A stretch of 64,000 bases of DNA, from NCBI GenBank assembly GCA_051047955.1, contig JBPGPT010000001.1:1054001-1118000 (forward strand). Reading direction: 5' to 3'. The DNA comes from Cystobasidiomycetes sp. EMM_F5 (lineage: Eukaryota). Below the pieces are notes generated by a model, which saw nothing but the letters and a program-made list of their open reading frames with translations, searched no databases and was not told the DNA's origin. Shown here piece by piece: positions 48,532-60,600 of the stretch. The position numbers were made by a program, and so were the translations under genes. Numbering within the stretch: position 1 is the stretch's first letter; each line of letters starts with the position of its first letter.

Positions 48532-49063
48532 GATAGAGGAAGTATACGGGTATGAAGAGAAGAGAGGGGGAGCCAGTCAGCGTGCAACACCCATTCCGCA
48601 TCGTCCTTCTTGCGGCTGTGTCCAACCGTTGCGTTCGAGTCGTACACGCACACCGCACCAGTAGGCAGACTTCTAGCGAAGAAGGAGTGGGAAGATTACG
48701 AAAGCCTCGCATACAGCTTATTTGTGTGCGGTGCATGCTCGTCAGTCATCGCATCGCTCGTGATGGGGTATGGTCCTGCAGCGCCCAGATGACGCAGCGA
48801 TATTGAGATGGTCTCGTTATGGGCGCCTAGGCGCGTCAGCACAGTCATCGCTTGATTCTTGATACATGATATCATTGCGTCCGCTGGCTTGACAGAATAT
48901 AGAGAGATCAGACCCGAACCTGGACCCAGCCTTTATAGCATCAGGGTCAAAAGCAGAGATCGCGGAAATGCACAAGTGTGCTTGCCATTGGCAGGATACT
49001 GCTACAACAACGAAAAGTACTGAACGTGGGAAAAACTAAGAGTATTATAAGCTTGAACTGTTT

Positions 49064-51018
49064 CTACAGAGTGAAGTCTGACAAGCCTTCAGAGATGGCA
49101 TATGACGTAGTTGCAGGCAGGCCGATAGCCTGGTACGAAGGAAGCTTGAAGACGTTTCTCGGGTCGTAAGTTTGCTTGATGCTCTGCAGTCTGGTATAGC
49201 TTGAACCATAGTAGAGATTTTGGGCGTCCGTGGCGTTCAGGTTCGTATCGATGTAACTGAACAGAACGAATCATTAGCTGTGTTCCAGTCTACGTTGCCG
49301 TACGTCGAGGCTCACTTTTGGTAAGCTTCATATGGCCACCCGCTTTGCATGCTGCCGGTGATGCTTTGCACCATACCGTCAACAAGGTCAATGCCGGTGG
49401 ATTTGTATGGCAAGCCGTCTGTGAGGGAACAATCAGCGATCTGACTCGCATACTCAGCAGAAAACAACTTACAACTCCAAGAGCTGGCATAGAACTGGAT
49501 TGTGAATAGGCTGCTCCTGTGTACGAAGGATGTGTCGTTGACGGGAACAGCATTGATTTGTGATTGCTGGCCGCCGTATAGCTCGACTTGAACAAACCAG
49601 TGCTGCTGGTTGTCATTGACAGCGCTTACGCCAGCGCCGCCCAAGAAGTTTGAGAAGCTGGAGAGCGCCTCGGCAGTCATGAGCGAGGCTTCCGGCGTCA
49701 TGATAGACTTGGCATAGAAAGAGTCTTGATAATCGGATTGTTTAGACGTGTTGAGATTTTGGTTGCCCGCCAGTAGCTGTAGTGTGTCCTTCCAACTCTG
49801 GTTTGTAACGCTTGATGGCTTTGTGACGCTCGGGAACTTGTTCAACAGCTGAGAGACGATATCGTTCTCGAATGTGGTTTGGTCGCCAACGTAGGTGATG
49901 GTGAAGCTGCTATTGACGGTGCCGGGCAGATAACCCGCGTTCATGTTGAGCGTACTGCCCCATTCCTTTGGCGCAGTAATGGAAAAGTTCTGGTACGCAG
50001 CCAGCATGGAAGCTGTTACATTTGCGGGTTGATTCTGTAGGCGATGGCAATCGTCAGTACATGTTTTATACGCCCGAGCATACCATTCTAGACATACATC
50101 CCATGTGTAGGTAGCATAAACGACACTGCTTGGCGCTGCGTGCGTCTTGACGCCAAAAGCGGTGACGATTCCGAAAGAGCCTCCTGCGCCGCGCATGGCG
50201 TAGAAGAGATCGGTATCGTTGCCAGTGGAGGAAACGTTGCGGATTTGACCATCAAAGGTGACAACTTCGAGGGATGTCACCTGGTCCACTACCATGCCCC
50301 AATTTCGCGAAAAGAAGCCAAATCCGCCATACACGCCGCTACAATTGGGTTATTAGCGATGAGTGGAACGCTTATTTGACGGTTCAAGCTTACTGTCCGC
50401 CGATGCCGACGTACGGGCACACACCATGTGCGAGTCCTCTACCTTGCGCATCGAGGCCTACCGCGACATCACCAAGTTTGGAACCGCCTCCGATTGTAGC
50501 ATACTGTAGTCAGACCTGGGTTGTCAGCAATACGCACTAAGGGTGCGCTGGAGACTCCTCTCACCTCGCCGTACACGGTGATTTGGTTGAGTTGCTTGAG
50601 GTCGATGAGAAGATGATAATCTTCTCCGCCAAAGGAGCCCGAAGCATAGGAATGACCTCCGCCTCGTGCGTTGATCCAGTATGCGGCATCGACGCCGCAC
50701 TTGACAGCGGCCGCTACTTGTAGCGCAGATGTCGGCTGAACCAGTGCTATCGGGGTATACTCCAGTCTGACCAGAACGTGTTTCTTAGTGGTCGGTGATG
50801 GCGTTCAGGACGAACCAAACGGCTTACCTCTGGTTGAAGGATTGTATTCCCTTCGTCCACGAGTCTCCATTACTGCTGACGAGGTACGATACGCCCGCAT
50901 TTGACAGACATGAGTTTAGTAGAGTCGAATTGCCAGGTCCTTGCGCGGTTGTGGCCACTGCCAGCAACGCCACTGCGGCCACTGCATGTCTGAACGAGAA
51001 GGACGATGGAGCAGACAT
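49064..51018 (-). CDS. Secreted FAD-linked oxidase (AA7/BBE family), copy B, tandem paralog
   Basis: Same motifs and intron positions as copy A (ARGGGHSY, HGVCPYVGIGG, DLFYAMRGAGGSFGIVT, YDPRNVFKLPSYQ). Ends ...GLPATTSYAISEGLSDFTL*. Confidence 0.9.
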
Positions 51019-51760
51019 CTTGAGAGTGTATGCGAGAGTGAGTGCCTGTACGGAATGTGAGCGAAATCAGAGAACAGGAATCGTCAGAATATTCCGTTAA
51101 ATACCCAAAAATCTTTCTCCACAGCGGCTATGTCGAGGCTGCTTTTAGCGGTCACAGCCCTGGCACCCAGCGAAAGCTCTGCAGTTCAGCAAGCTGTGCA
51201 GGAAGACGGCGATTGTGCTGAGCTGACTGAGGATGCTCCTGCTATATCTCAGCTGTTGCACCGCTCGCCGTGTCTTGCATATGCCGCTGGGCTTTGTTAT
51301 TCAACGTTGGAAGGCACAAGTCGCTGCATGGGGGTCGTAATCAGAGGAGACAGCGACGACGACGCAGCACCGGACCCAGTTGGTGCAGAGCTACGACTCT
51401 CAGACCGTGGCATTCAGGCATGCCAATGGTCACAAGATTAATATTATTGCAGCCTCGGCTTGCGGGAAGCAATAGATAAATTAAAAGACATCCCTGCACA
51501 GAATCGCGTTTGAGATTGTAAATATTAGCCAGCTTGGTCTGTATGTACGCATTTCAAGCATCATTGGAACGCAGTAACAACTGCCAGCGTCTATCGACAT
51601 GCAGCTCGACTCCTCAGAGTTGAAATAATGAGTTGCTGGGCTGGCCAGGCACGCCAGAATTATGGACGTGATCGGGACTCAGCTCTGTGCAGCCGCAACA
51701 GCCAGCCTGGCTTGTCACAGTCCACATCTTGAGACTTGATACTGACGCAACGCCGTCACG

Positions 51761-52784
51761 ATGAGGTATGGCCCTCCGTCTGCAACGAGGAAGGCCTGCA
51801 CCCACTGACGTGGTTTTTTTTGGTCAAATCTGGCATCTCAAATTCCATCGAATAAACCCATTCTACGCCTGTCCTGGACGATATCCGCCATGTCGTGTCA
51901 TTTTGCAACATTGGCCCCTACAGTCAATTCAGCGGTCTGGCCATCTCGCTCGGCGTAATGCAGATTGCGCGCAAGGCAAGGGCATTTCAAACACTCCGCA
52001 CTCGACAGTCAACGAACGACTAACGCTCTCACTAATGTGTGATAGGTGCCTACCGACAGACCTGATGTCTTGATGGCCCTACGCGTCACGTACATTTGCG
52101 TGGTTCTTTTCCAAGCAGGCCTATTCTACGCCGCCCAGTTGCGAATCAAGGCAAAGAACGACACTACGCCTATAAAGTGGGAAAGAGTGCTAGACCTCGC
52201 AGAAAATTTGCTTACATCATGGTGATTCGTATCAGATACAACGAACCGCCGAAAGCGATGGGAGGAGGTGCAGAACCTGGCACGCCGGTCACCACGACTG
52301 TCCGCGATTACGACTTGAAGGAGTGCAACAAGGCTTTCACACCGCTCCTCATCGGTGTCGCCATCATGGGCTGTACGTGGAGTCTGTCATGACCGCCCAG
52401 CAGGAGGCTGAGATGAACCGTCGTGCTCTAGTCATGCACCTCAAGATGGGCTACACTCAGCCGCTTCTAATTCAGAGCATCCTCCCAATGAAGAGCTTGT
52501 ACGACAACCCAATCATTCAGGTTATTACAGCGTTTTACGATGCCAAGATTAGGCTGCTGACGTTTCGCTTGATACAGCTGCACATATTCGGCCGACCAGC
52601 GGTAGACAAGCTCGCTCGTCCATTCAAGGCCAGTGGTGGACTAATGGCTGCTCTTTCCGAGGCAACTAACGCGAGCAACCCCGCGACGCCGGTTCCTGTC
52701 GCCTCGCAGCCAGCTGTTGCAGGAAGCGCAAAGATTACGGAAATCACAGACGATGATGATGCCGAGCCAAAGAAGAGCAAGTAG
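51761..52784 (+). CDS. PHO88: Pho88/Snd3 (SRP-independent ER targeting membrane protein)
   Basis: MS|QFSGLAISLGVMQIARK|VP..., IKAKNDTTPIK|YNEP, TTTVRDYD, MHLKMGYTQPLLIQSILP, HIFGRPAVDKLARPFK. Confidence 0.9.
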
Positions 52785-53225
52785 GTTGCATTAGTTCGTC
52801 AGGCATACATAATCGCAGAAGAGAAGATGGCGATGGGGTGCGACGAAGCAGCGGCTGTGAGAATTCCGCTTGCAGTCGTCGTGCCTTCTTCTTTACCGCA
52901 AGAATGCATGTCGTAGTAACACATGCAAGCTCTTTTGATGAGACTTGTGTATGCCATATTTCGTCCTCGTCTTCAACAAAGTGTTGCATTTTGAAAGTGT
53001 TTGCTCTTCCGTTGCGCTGGCCAATGTTTGCAGATTTCGTTTCACGCGCATCACCATGACGTGGTTCTCAGATTTGAAAAGTGCCACGCGAAGTTTTGCG
53101 GCTGGGCGGACGGAGAGGAACGGGAGCAAGAAGTGTTTTGGGAATCTTCTCTTAACCACACTAACAGCACACATCTTTAGAAGACTGCTTGACGAGCCTG
53201 TTTATTCTGACGCTGTCTATCAACA

Positions 53226-55667
53226 ATGCCTGACGCGAAGAGCTCTGAGCAAGAGCGCCAGCCCACACCGACAAGTACGTCGAGACAGCCAGACTGTTTC
53301 CTGCAGAGACATGGCTGTGTCCCGTACGCCCTTCGCTGAGCATGCTGTGTCCTTGCTGTGTGCAGATAGTACTCTCCTTCAAGGTGCTTTCCTTATCAAT
53401 GCAGATCCCGCAGGGACATCGACAAGCTGATACATTTATCGAATGCACTGCAGGATTCGAATGGCACACGCCAAAGACGCACTGGAAGAGATTGGAGAAG
53501 GTGTTGCCGGGCTTGAAGGATATCGGAATCACGACCGTCTGGGTGAGTAAACATCGTGCCTCCTGCGTAGTCAGACGAGCTGAAGAAATAATCGTGATGC
53601 AGTTACCGCCAGTAAGGAAACTTAGACTACGCTATACGTGTCTTTGTACTTACAGTATGCCTCGCGCGCCAGGCATGCAAAGGCTCCAGTCCAGAAGGAA
53701 CCGGTTACGATGTTTACGACCTAGTATGTATACGATGACATGGATTTTGGTCAAGCAAGCGTGCTATCAGCTGACTCCTTCGCTGTCAATAGTACGACCT
53801 TGGTGAATTCGACCAGAAGGGTAGTCGAAGCACGAAATGGGGAAGCAAGGAGGAATTGCTGTCTTTAGCCAAGAAGGCAAAGGAGCTAGATGTCGGGCTC
53901 TACTTTGATGCCGTCCTCAATCACAAGGCGGGTGCGGATCATACGGAGAAGTGCCGAGTGATGGAAGTCGATAGCAACAGTGAGTTGTTTGTGGTCTCTC
54001 GAAGAGTAGAGTATCCACTACAGCTCGCTGACGGAATCTCTGTCATTGACTCCAAGACCGCAACAAGGATATTTCGGAAGCCTTTGAAATCGAAGCATGG
54101 TTAGGCTTTGACTTTCCAGGTCGCGGCGACAAGTACTCCAAGCAAAAGTACCAGTACGTAAGAAAGCTCCTCTGCAAGGCGGACATTTTATATTGAAACC
54201 GCTGTTCACTCGCAGCTGGTATCATTTCTCTGGCACAGACTACGATGCCGCAACCGGAAAGAATGCCATCTTTCGCATTCTTGGAGACAACAAGAGCTGG
54301 TCTACCTCAGTCGCGGATGAGCAAGGCAATGCTGTACGTGCGAAGATTGGTTTTTGCGAAGACGAGCGACTGTTGACATGAAAATGTTTCGCCTTGCAGG
54401 ACTTTCTGATGTTTGCGGATGTCTCCTACCAGCATCCTGAATGCAGGGTGAGCTGTTCGAAGGCCGGCTACCATGATCTTCGCTGATCGTAACCCGCATC
54501 TACGACTCTGACAGGAGGACGTGCTCAACTGGGGTAGTTGGGTAGTAAAGGAGCTCGGCCTGAAAGGCTTCCGCCTGGATGCCGTACAGCACTTTTCACA
54601 AAACTTTACAAACGAGTGGATTGCGATGCTAGAGAAGGAGTTTGGCAAAAACTCACTGTTCTTGGTTGGCGAAGTATGGCAGCCAAACGTGGATGAGCTT
54701 ACTGGCTGGCTCGACAAGATGGAGCATAAATTCAGTTTGTTTGACGCTGCTCTTCTCAACAACTTTGCAAGCATGAGCAAGTCTGAAAAGGCAGATCTCC
54801 GAAAAGTCTTTGACAAGACTCTGACTCAAGTCGCCCCTACTTGTTCTGTCACTGTGAGTTATACATCATACTTTCGCAATCACGATGCATCCTGCTGAGC
54901 TAGACCGGGCTGCAGTGTGTGCAAAACCACGATACGCAACTCGGACAGACTGTGGAGACACCAGTAGAAGGCTTCTTCAAGCCTCTGGCATACGCCCTCA
55001 TCCTCCTGAGAGTAGACGGGTATCCTATCGTCTTTTACGGCGATCTCTACGGCACCAAAGGTCCACAATCCGAGCCACCCTCTTGCGGTGGTCGCCTCGG
55101 AGATCTCGCACTAGCACGACATCTGTACGCGTACGGCGAGCTCAACGATTACTGGGACCAGCCAAACTGTATCGGATGGGTACGACGAGGTACCTGGGAC
55201 AAACCGGACGGATGCGCAGTCATCATGTCGAATGCTGAACCTGGTCAGATTAGAATGGCGGTAGGCAAAGAACATTCGGGAGAGGTGTGGACGGATATCC
55301 TCGGATGGTCGCAGGATAAAGTTACTGTCGATGACGAAGGCTTTGGCAAGTTCAATTGCCCGGGTGTATCGATGGCGGGTAAGTAAGAGGCTATTCATAA
55401 AGAGTACATGCAAGCTGACATTTCTTTGTCTGACACGCGTGAACAGTGTACGTCAATGAAAAGGCAGAGGGGCGTGACCGATTCGGCCAGTTCAATGATC
55501 AAATCTACGAGCACGACGAGGCTGCCATTGAATTGGACAAGAAGGCCGAGGAGGATAAGCGTAAAGCAGAGGAAGAGGAAAAGAAGAAGCAGGAAGAGGA
55601 GAAGCAGAAGCAAGAGAGCGAGGAGCAGAAAGCTGAGGCCAAGGAGCAGGACAAGCAGGATGAGTAG
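53226..55667 (+). CDS. Intracellular alpha-amylase, GH13_5 (bacterial liquefying type)
   Basis: TLLQ|GFEW, GYDVYDL|YDLGEFDQKG, DAVLNHKAGAD, catalytic GFRLDAVQH, LVGEVW, QNHDTQ, GYPIVFYGDLYG. No signal peptide. Confidence 0.92.
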
Positions 55668-55816
55668 ATGCGATAGCGAAGCCGCTAGACTGAAGGCTCT
55701 CCCTTCTCGATATTTCGATACCCACTTCAGACTCAGGCATACCACTTCTATGATACACGCGACTGATACCAACGTTTCACAACAACATTCCACACGCAGA
55801 CCACTCCATGGTTCAC

Positions 55817-56797
55817 TTAGACCAGTAGAACCGCATTCTATATTGACGGGGAGTGTTGTAATCAGTATACGTTGTTGGCGGGGAATGCGGAGACGAGCTT
55901 ACCAGACAACCATCGTTTTCTGTTGAGAGATGACACGTTCAATCAACGATGCAACAATCACTGATAAGCTTAAGCTACTCACCGGGATTGTTGGTCACCT
56001 GGGCATACTTTCCCCAGACTACCTTGCCTCCGGTCGTAACGAGTCCCAACTCTGACACGTTGACTTCGATGATTGTACCCTTTGTGAGCACGCCGAGCTG
56101 GGTGTAGAGGGGCGATTGGGGACTCTTCTTTACGCCAATGATTGGAAGTTGGAATGTGGCTTTGAGTTCTGGATGGGTCACATTTGCCTTCTTGTATCTG
56201 AGTGCCATGGGTCGAACGAATCTCTCCATCTTTGGTCCTTTGCGAGTGAATGCTGTGGAGATGTGAGGGGGATGCGATGAGAAGACGTCTGTACGGGATT
56301 GCCACACCAAACTCACATTCTCCGACAAACGTCGCTTTCGTCACCATTCTCTTCCAACCCTTCTTTTGCGTCTTTTTGCCCGTCTTTATCACTCTGAATG
56401 CCTCCTCTTCGCTGATTCCCCTCACTTTGGGCAGGGGTACTGCAAACTTGGCAGCCTTGTCCTTGCGCCTCTGCTTGAGAGCGCTCGAGAGGACCTTTGC
56501 CTGGTTCTGCTCCTCCCTGTCGAGGAGGTAGGACGGGAGTGCTTCTCTGTTTGCATTCGCATTCGTCGGTGCCGCCTTTACCTTTCGCTCATCGTGCTGC
56601 TTTAGCAGTTTGCGTAGAGCGACCTTTTCGCTGTACCGCTGCTGGTGTAGCAGTTTTGCCTTTCGGCCGTGCATAGACTGTGCTACCGAGCTTCGCTTGT
56701 GCACCTCTCTCGCCTCGCGCTTCCGCAGGCGCTCCTCTGTGTCTAGCCGCTTTCCATAGCGCTTTACGTGCTCCTCGACGTAGTTGCCCTGGGGCAT
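55817..56797 (-). CDS. NSA2: Ribosome biogenesis protein Nsa2
   Basis: [10 protein letters not shown]..., [69 protein letters not shown]. Confidence 0.96.
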
Positions 56798-57603
56798 GGC
56801 GGGCGACTAGGTGAGTGTGTTAGGAGTGCTCAGTGCAGTATCAAAGCAGTGTCGGGTCTGTTTTGAATAGTTTGTTCAAATGTGAAAGATTGCATTTGCA
56901 AAGTGTCGTCGAATGCAAATCCAGCTCGGGTGGCAAATGGACGGCGACAACGAACAACGCTCAATGTCAGTCACAGCTTGTGCATTTGTATTTTGTAGAA
57001 TGCACAAGCGTATAATACGACAGCATTTCTGCTAAGTAAATCACATACTGTATCAACTATACCGATACAGCCTGCAACTATTTCAAGTTGCAAGTTGCCA
57101 GCTTGCTCCCTCGTTGCTTTCCTTGCTGCTTTCCCGCACAATGATGGCAGCCTCCAAACTGCTGCAGCGCTGGTTTGAGAGTATGCTTGCACACCTCTTT
57201 CACGCAAAGACTGACCTTACATATCGTGCTCACTGGCCCTCCCAACCGTTGCGCACGCACGCTGCTGCCCAACGGACACTGATGACCGACGCTAAACTTC
57301 AACTTGCGCAGGCCAAGGCTGACAGCGCTGACACTGAACACTGACAGGCTCAATCGCTCCAAGTCCAAGCGGCTCAGTGACAGCAAATCTGCCCTCGTCA
57401 GTCAACAGTTTACGCCAGTCCCTCCCGACCGAGGAAGCGGGCAGGCATCCGAGCACATGGGTTTGGATAAACAGTTGCACTGCGAGGACTGCAAGTGAGC
57501 AGCGAGCATATACGCAACCCCCACTCTGCAGCATTCCTAGTCGGACCTAGGGCAGTCTCGATGCCATACCGCTGATAGGCAAGCGAGCAAAGACAGTTGC
57601 AAC

Positions 57604-60600
57604 ATGGACAGCTCAAGTCGCACAGATTCGCAGACTTGCTCGACGTACATTTCAGACCGCACGTCAATGTCAATGGCCGCTGGATATCCTGTGGACGCAT
57701 CAGCCTCTCAAACACCGCTCACTTCGCCGACAGTCGCGCACTCGCAAGCTCACCTCAATCGTCCAGTCTCACTCGGCAGCTTGCTACTGTCGCGCAATAC
57801 GTCCAGATCAGGTCTGCCGCACTCGAAAGGTCTACAATCGATTACCGGTCTGCATGTACCATCCAGTGACGACAACGTCAGGCCGGTGTCCCCAAGCGGG
57901 TCCGTACACTCGGTACGCAGTGCAAGCTCCGGCACTACCCTCAACCAGACAGCCAGCAGTATCTCGAGCTACACGCACCAACAGGCGACCAAGGTCATCC
58001 TACCGACAAACCAGCATGGCATTCGCACCCGTGTAAATATCCTGCCTGGCCACAAGGCCGGTCAGCACGCAACGACAAAGGGGCGGCCCACTTCCTCGTC
58101 GAGCAATCACCTGCTATACTCGCCCCCACTGCCCGTCATATCGCCCCACAGGCATTCCCTAGACGCATCGCACCTGCTCGACCAGGAGATTCAGTCGCTT
58201 AGCTTCCAGATTGAGGCAGATAACCAGCGGATACACCATGGCGACGCTCCTTTGCGGAGTCTGAGCGAGGGCAGCTCTACAAACGCACTCAAGTTTACAT
58301 CGACGGCAGAGCCACCCCTAGCTGGTATGCCTGGTAGACATGCAGACTATGCGTTTCCGCAGAGGTCGAATACCGCCACGGATATGGACTATCTGCCAAC
58401 GGTACATCCAGATCACTATGCTACGGCGTTCCAGTCATCTTCACCGCGTACACCGATGCTCCCGCCGTTTGCGCGCTCGGACAGCCAGAATACAGTCTAT
58501 GATCATCAGTCCAAGCCTTCCCATTCGTCTAGCCTGAATAGCAACAACAGCGGCGGACAGAACAGGTCCTTGTCTAGTCTTAATACATCGATGACGACCA
58601 TGTCGTCGGTGTACGAGACGCCAAGAGGGATGGATGCCGTAAGCAATCATAGTAGTCCAGCTACATCTACCCCTATTGCAGCTCAACTGCGCGGAATACC
58701 CATGGCGCTCATACCGGGCCGTGGTGGCTCGACAGCACACTCACGACAGCCGTCTCATCAAAACTCGGCAAGGCCTTTTCTGCCAGGATCCTACGACTTT
58801 TCTCCATCGAGCTCTCTCACCGCATCTAATCCGTACGATGCATACAACCAGTCACCGTCTGGAATCAGTACTGCAGGTCCATCTAGACCGTCCATATCGT
58901 TCGGCGACATGTCCAACAGCAGGAACGGATCGCCGTCAATAAATACCAACACGCCGCAGACTTTCGGATTCGGACGTGATCGATCAGCGAGCGTACCTCG
59001 AACAGTCTCAAGTCTGGACGACGGGAGTGACCGCTTTCCCTCTCGCGACTCGCAGGATGACCAATCTAAATCTAGCATATATGCAGACTCGCGAAGGCCA
59101 TCAGGCTCTCAATTGGGAATTGCTTCACTCGCACCTATCAACGTAAAGTCGTCGTATGGCGACCCGGACATGCCACTGGATGAGAGAATTAGCACCGATC
59201 ACGTACATCACGACAGTATCGCAGAGGCAGACGAGCACGAATCGAACGATGTGGCTGCAGAAGAAGATCCAACAATTACAGTTCGACCTATCTTGCCAAC
59301 AAGGACCTTATCCCCTATATCACCCATTGCACCGAAATTGGATCTCGACTTTGGCAACTCCCTATCCACATTCGCCTTCGATTTCGGAAGCTTTGATTCT
59401 CTGGGCATCGGGACTGGCAATGCGGCAACAGCAGCAATCCCTGCTACGACAGCCAACCCAACTCACACAAAAACAGCCGACCCCATCTCACAAAAACCTG
59501 CAACTTCGACTTTCGATTTCTTGTCACAACCTCTTGCCGCGCCTCCCTTGAACTTCAGTCTCGACTCCGACGCTGCCACAACTCATAGCGCACTTAGGGC
59601 GCAATTACAATCACAATCTCTCGGTCTGGGTCTTGGTTTTCCTCCCCTTTCACGTATGACCGCTGCAGCCCTAGATAAACCCCAAGCTGCCACGCTCAGT
59701 GAATCGATTCTTGCGTCTAACACACAAGTCAACATACCGGAGTCCGGTATCTCCCGTAAACGAGGTGAATCAGAAGACGATAAGCCGCTAGCTTCCATGA
59801 TAGCTTCAAAGTCACCGCTAACAGAATTGGTCAACGGTTTCCGAGACGCCTCAAAGCCAGCAGTCACAACGTCGCTTTTGACGGAGGGCTTCCTTGGTAG
59901 TAGCGCAAAGCCGATTCAGAGCGCGCCTAGACCTGCAGAAACCAGCAAACCGTCATATTCACGCAAAGATTCCGCTGTAGGAAGCCATTCTGGACGATCA
60001 ACCTCTCTGTCTCGGCCGCAGTCTCCGGAAAGTCGTTCGAGCAGCACCATCTCCAGGCCTGAGAGCAGCTTGCTTGGCCGGTATCGCCCAAATGATCAGA
60101 ACCGACCGTTGATAGCTGATGATCACTCCAGTGACGGCAGTAGGCGGACAACCCTATCAAGTCAAGAGACTTTTGCGAAGCTTCCAGTGCGACCGCTCGT
60201 TGACCCAGCTAGCCTGCAACGAGCGCCGTCGGCGTTGTCGATGACATCGGTGCGACTCAGTATAAACAAGTCTTTACCACCCGTGCCGTCAAAGGAAGAT
60301 GCCGTCGACGATGGACATTTGGAAGGCTTTGTATCACACCATAGCAGAATACCCAGTGACCGAGAATCACAGCGAGATACGGCTCCAGGACCGGCATTGG
60401 GACTAGACAGGAATGCCAGGCTTCAGCCTGTAGACGCTGCGCAAAGCTCGTCTTCCCGAACTTCTATCTCACAACAGAGAGGCGCAACCCAGCCGCTAAG
60501 CATTCAGCAGCGTCGCAGTCGTTCATCTACCCTTGACAGACAGAAAGAGCTCGATGTAATGATCGTGGCACCGCTGAGGGCACCTCACGGGAGTGCTGAT

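Noticed and set aside
53226..55667. Recent horizontal transfer of a bacterial amylase
   Set aside because: The gene is intron-rich, and GH13_5 is an established fungal family.
55395..55926. Leu-rich 'membrane' and Arg-rich ORFs
   Set aside because: These are antisense and alternative frames of the amylase Glu/Lys tail.
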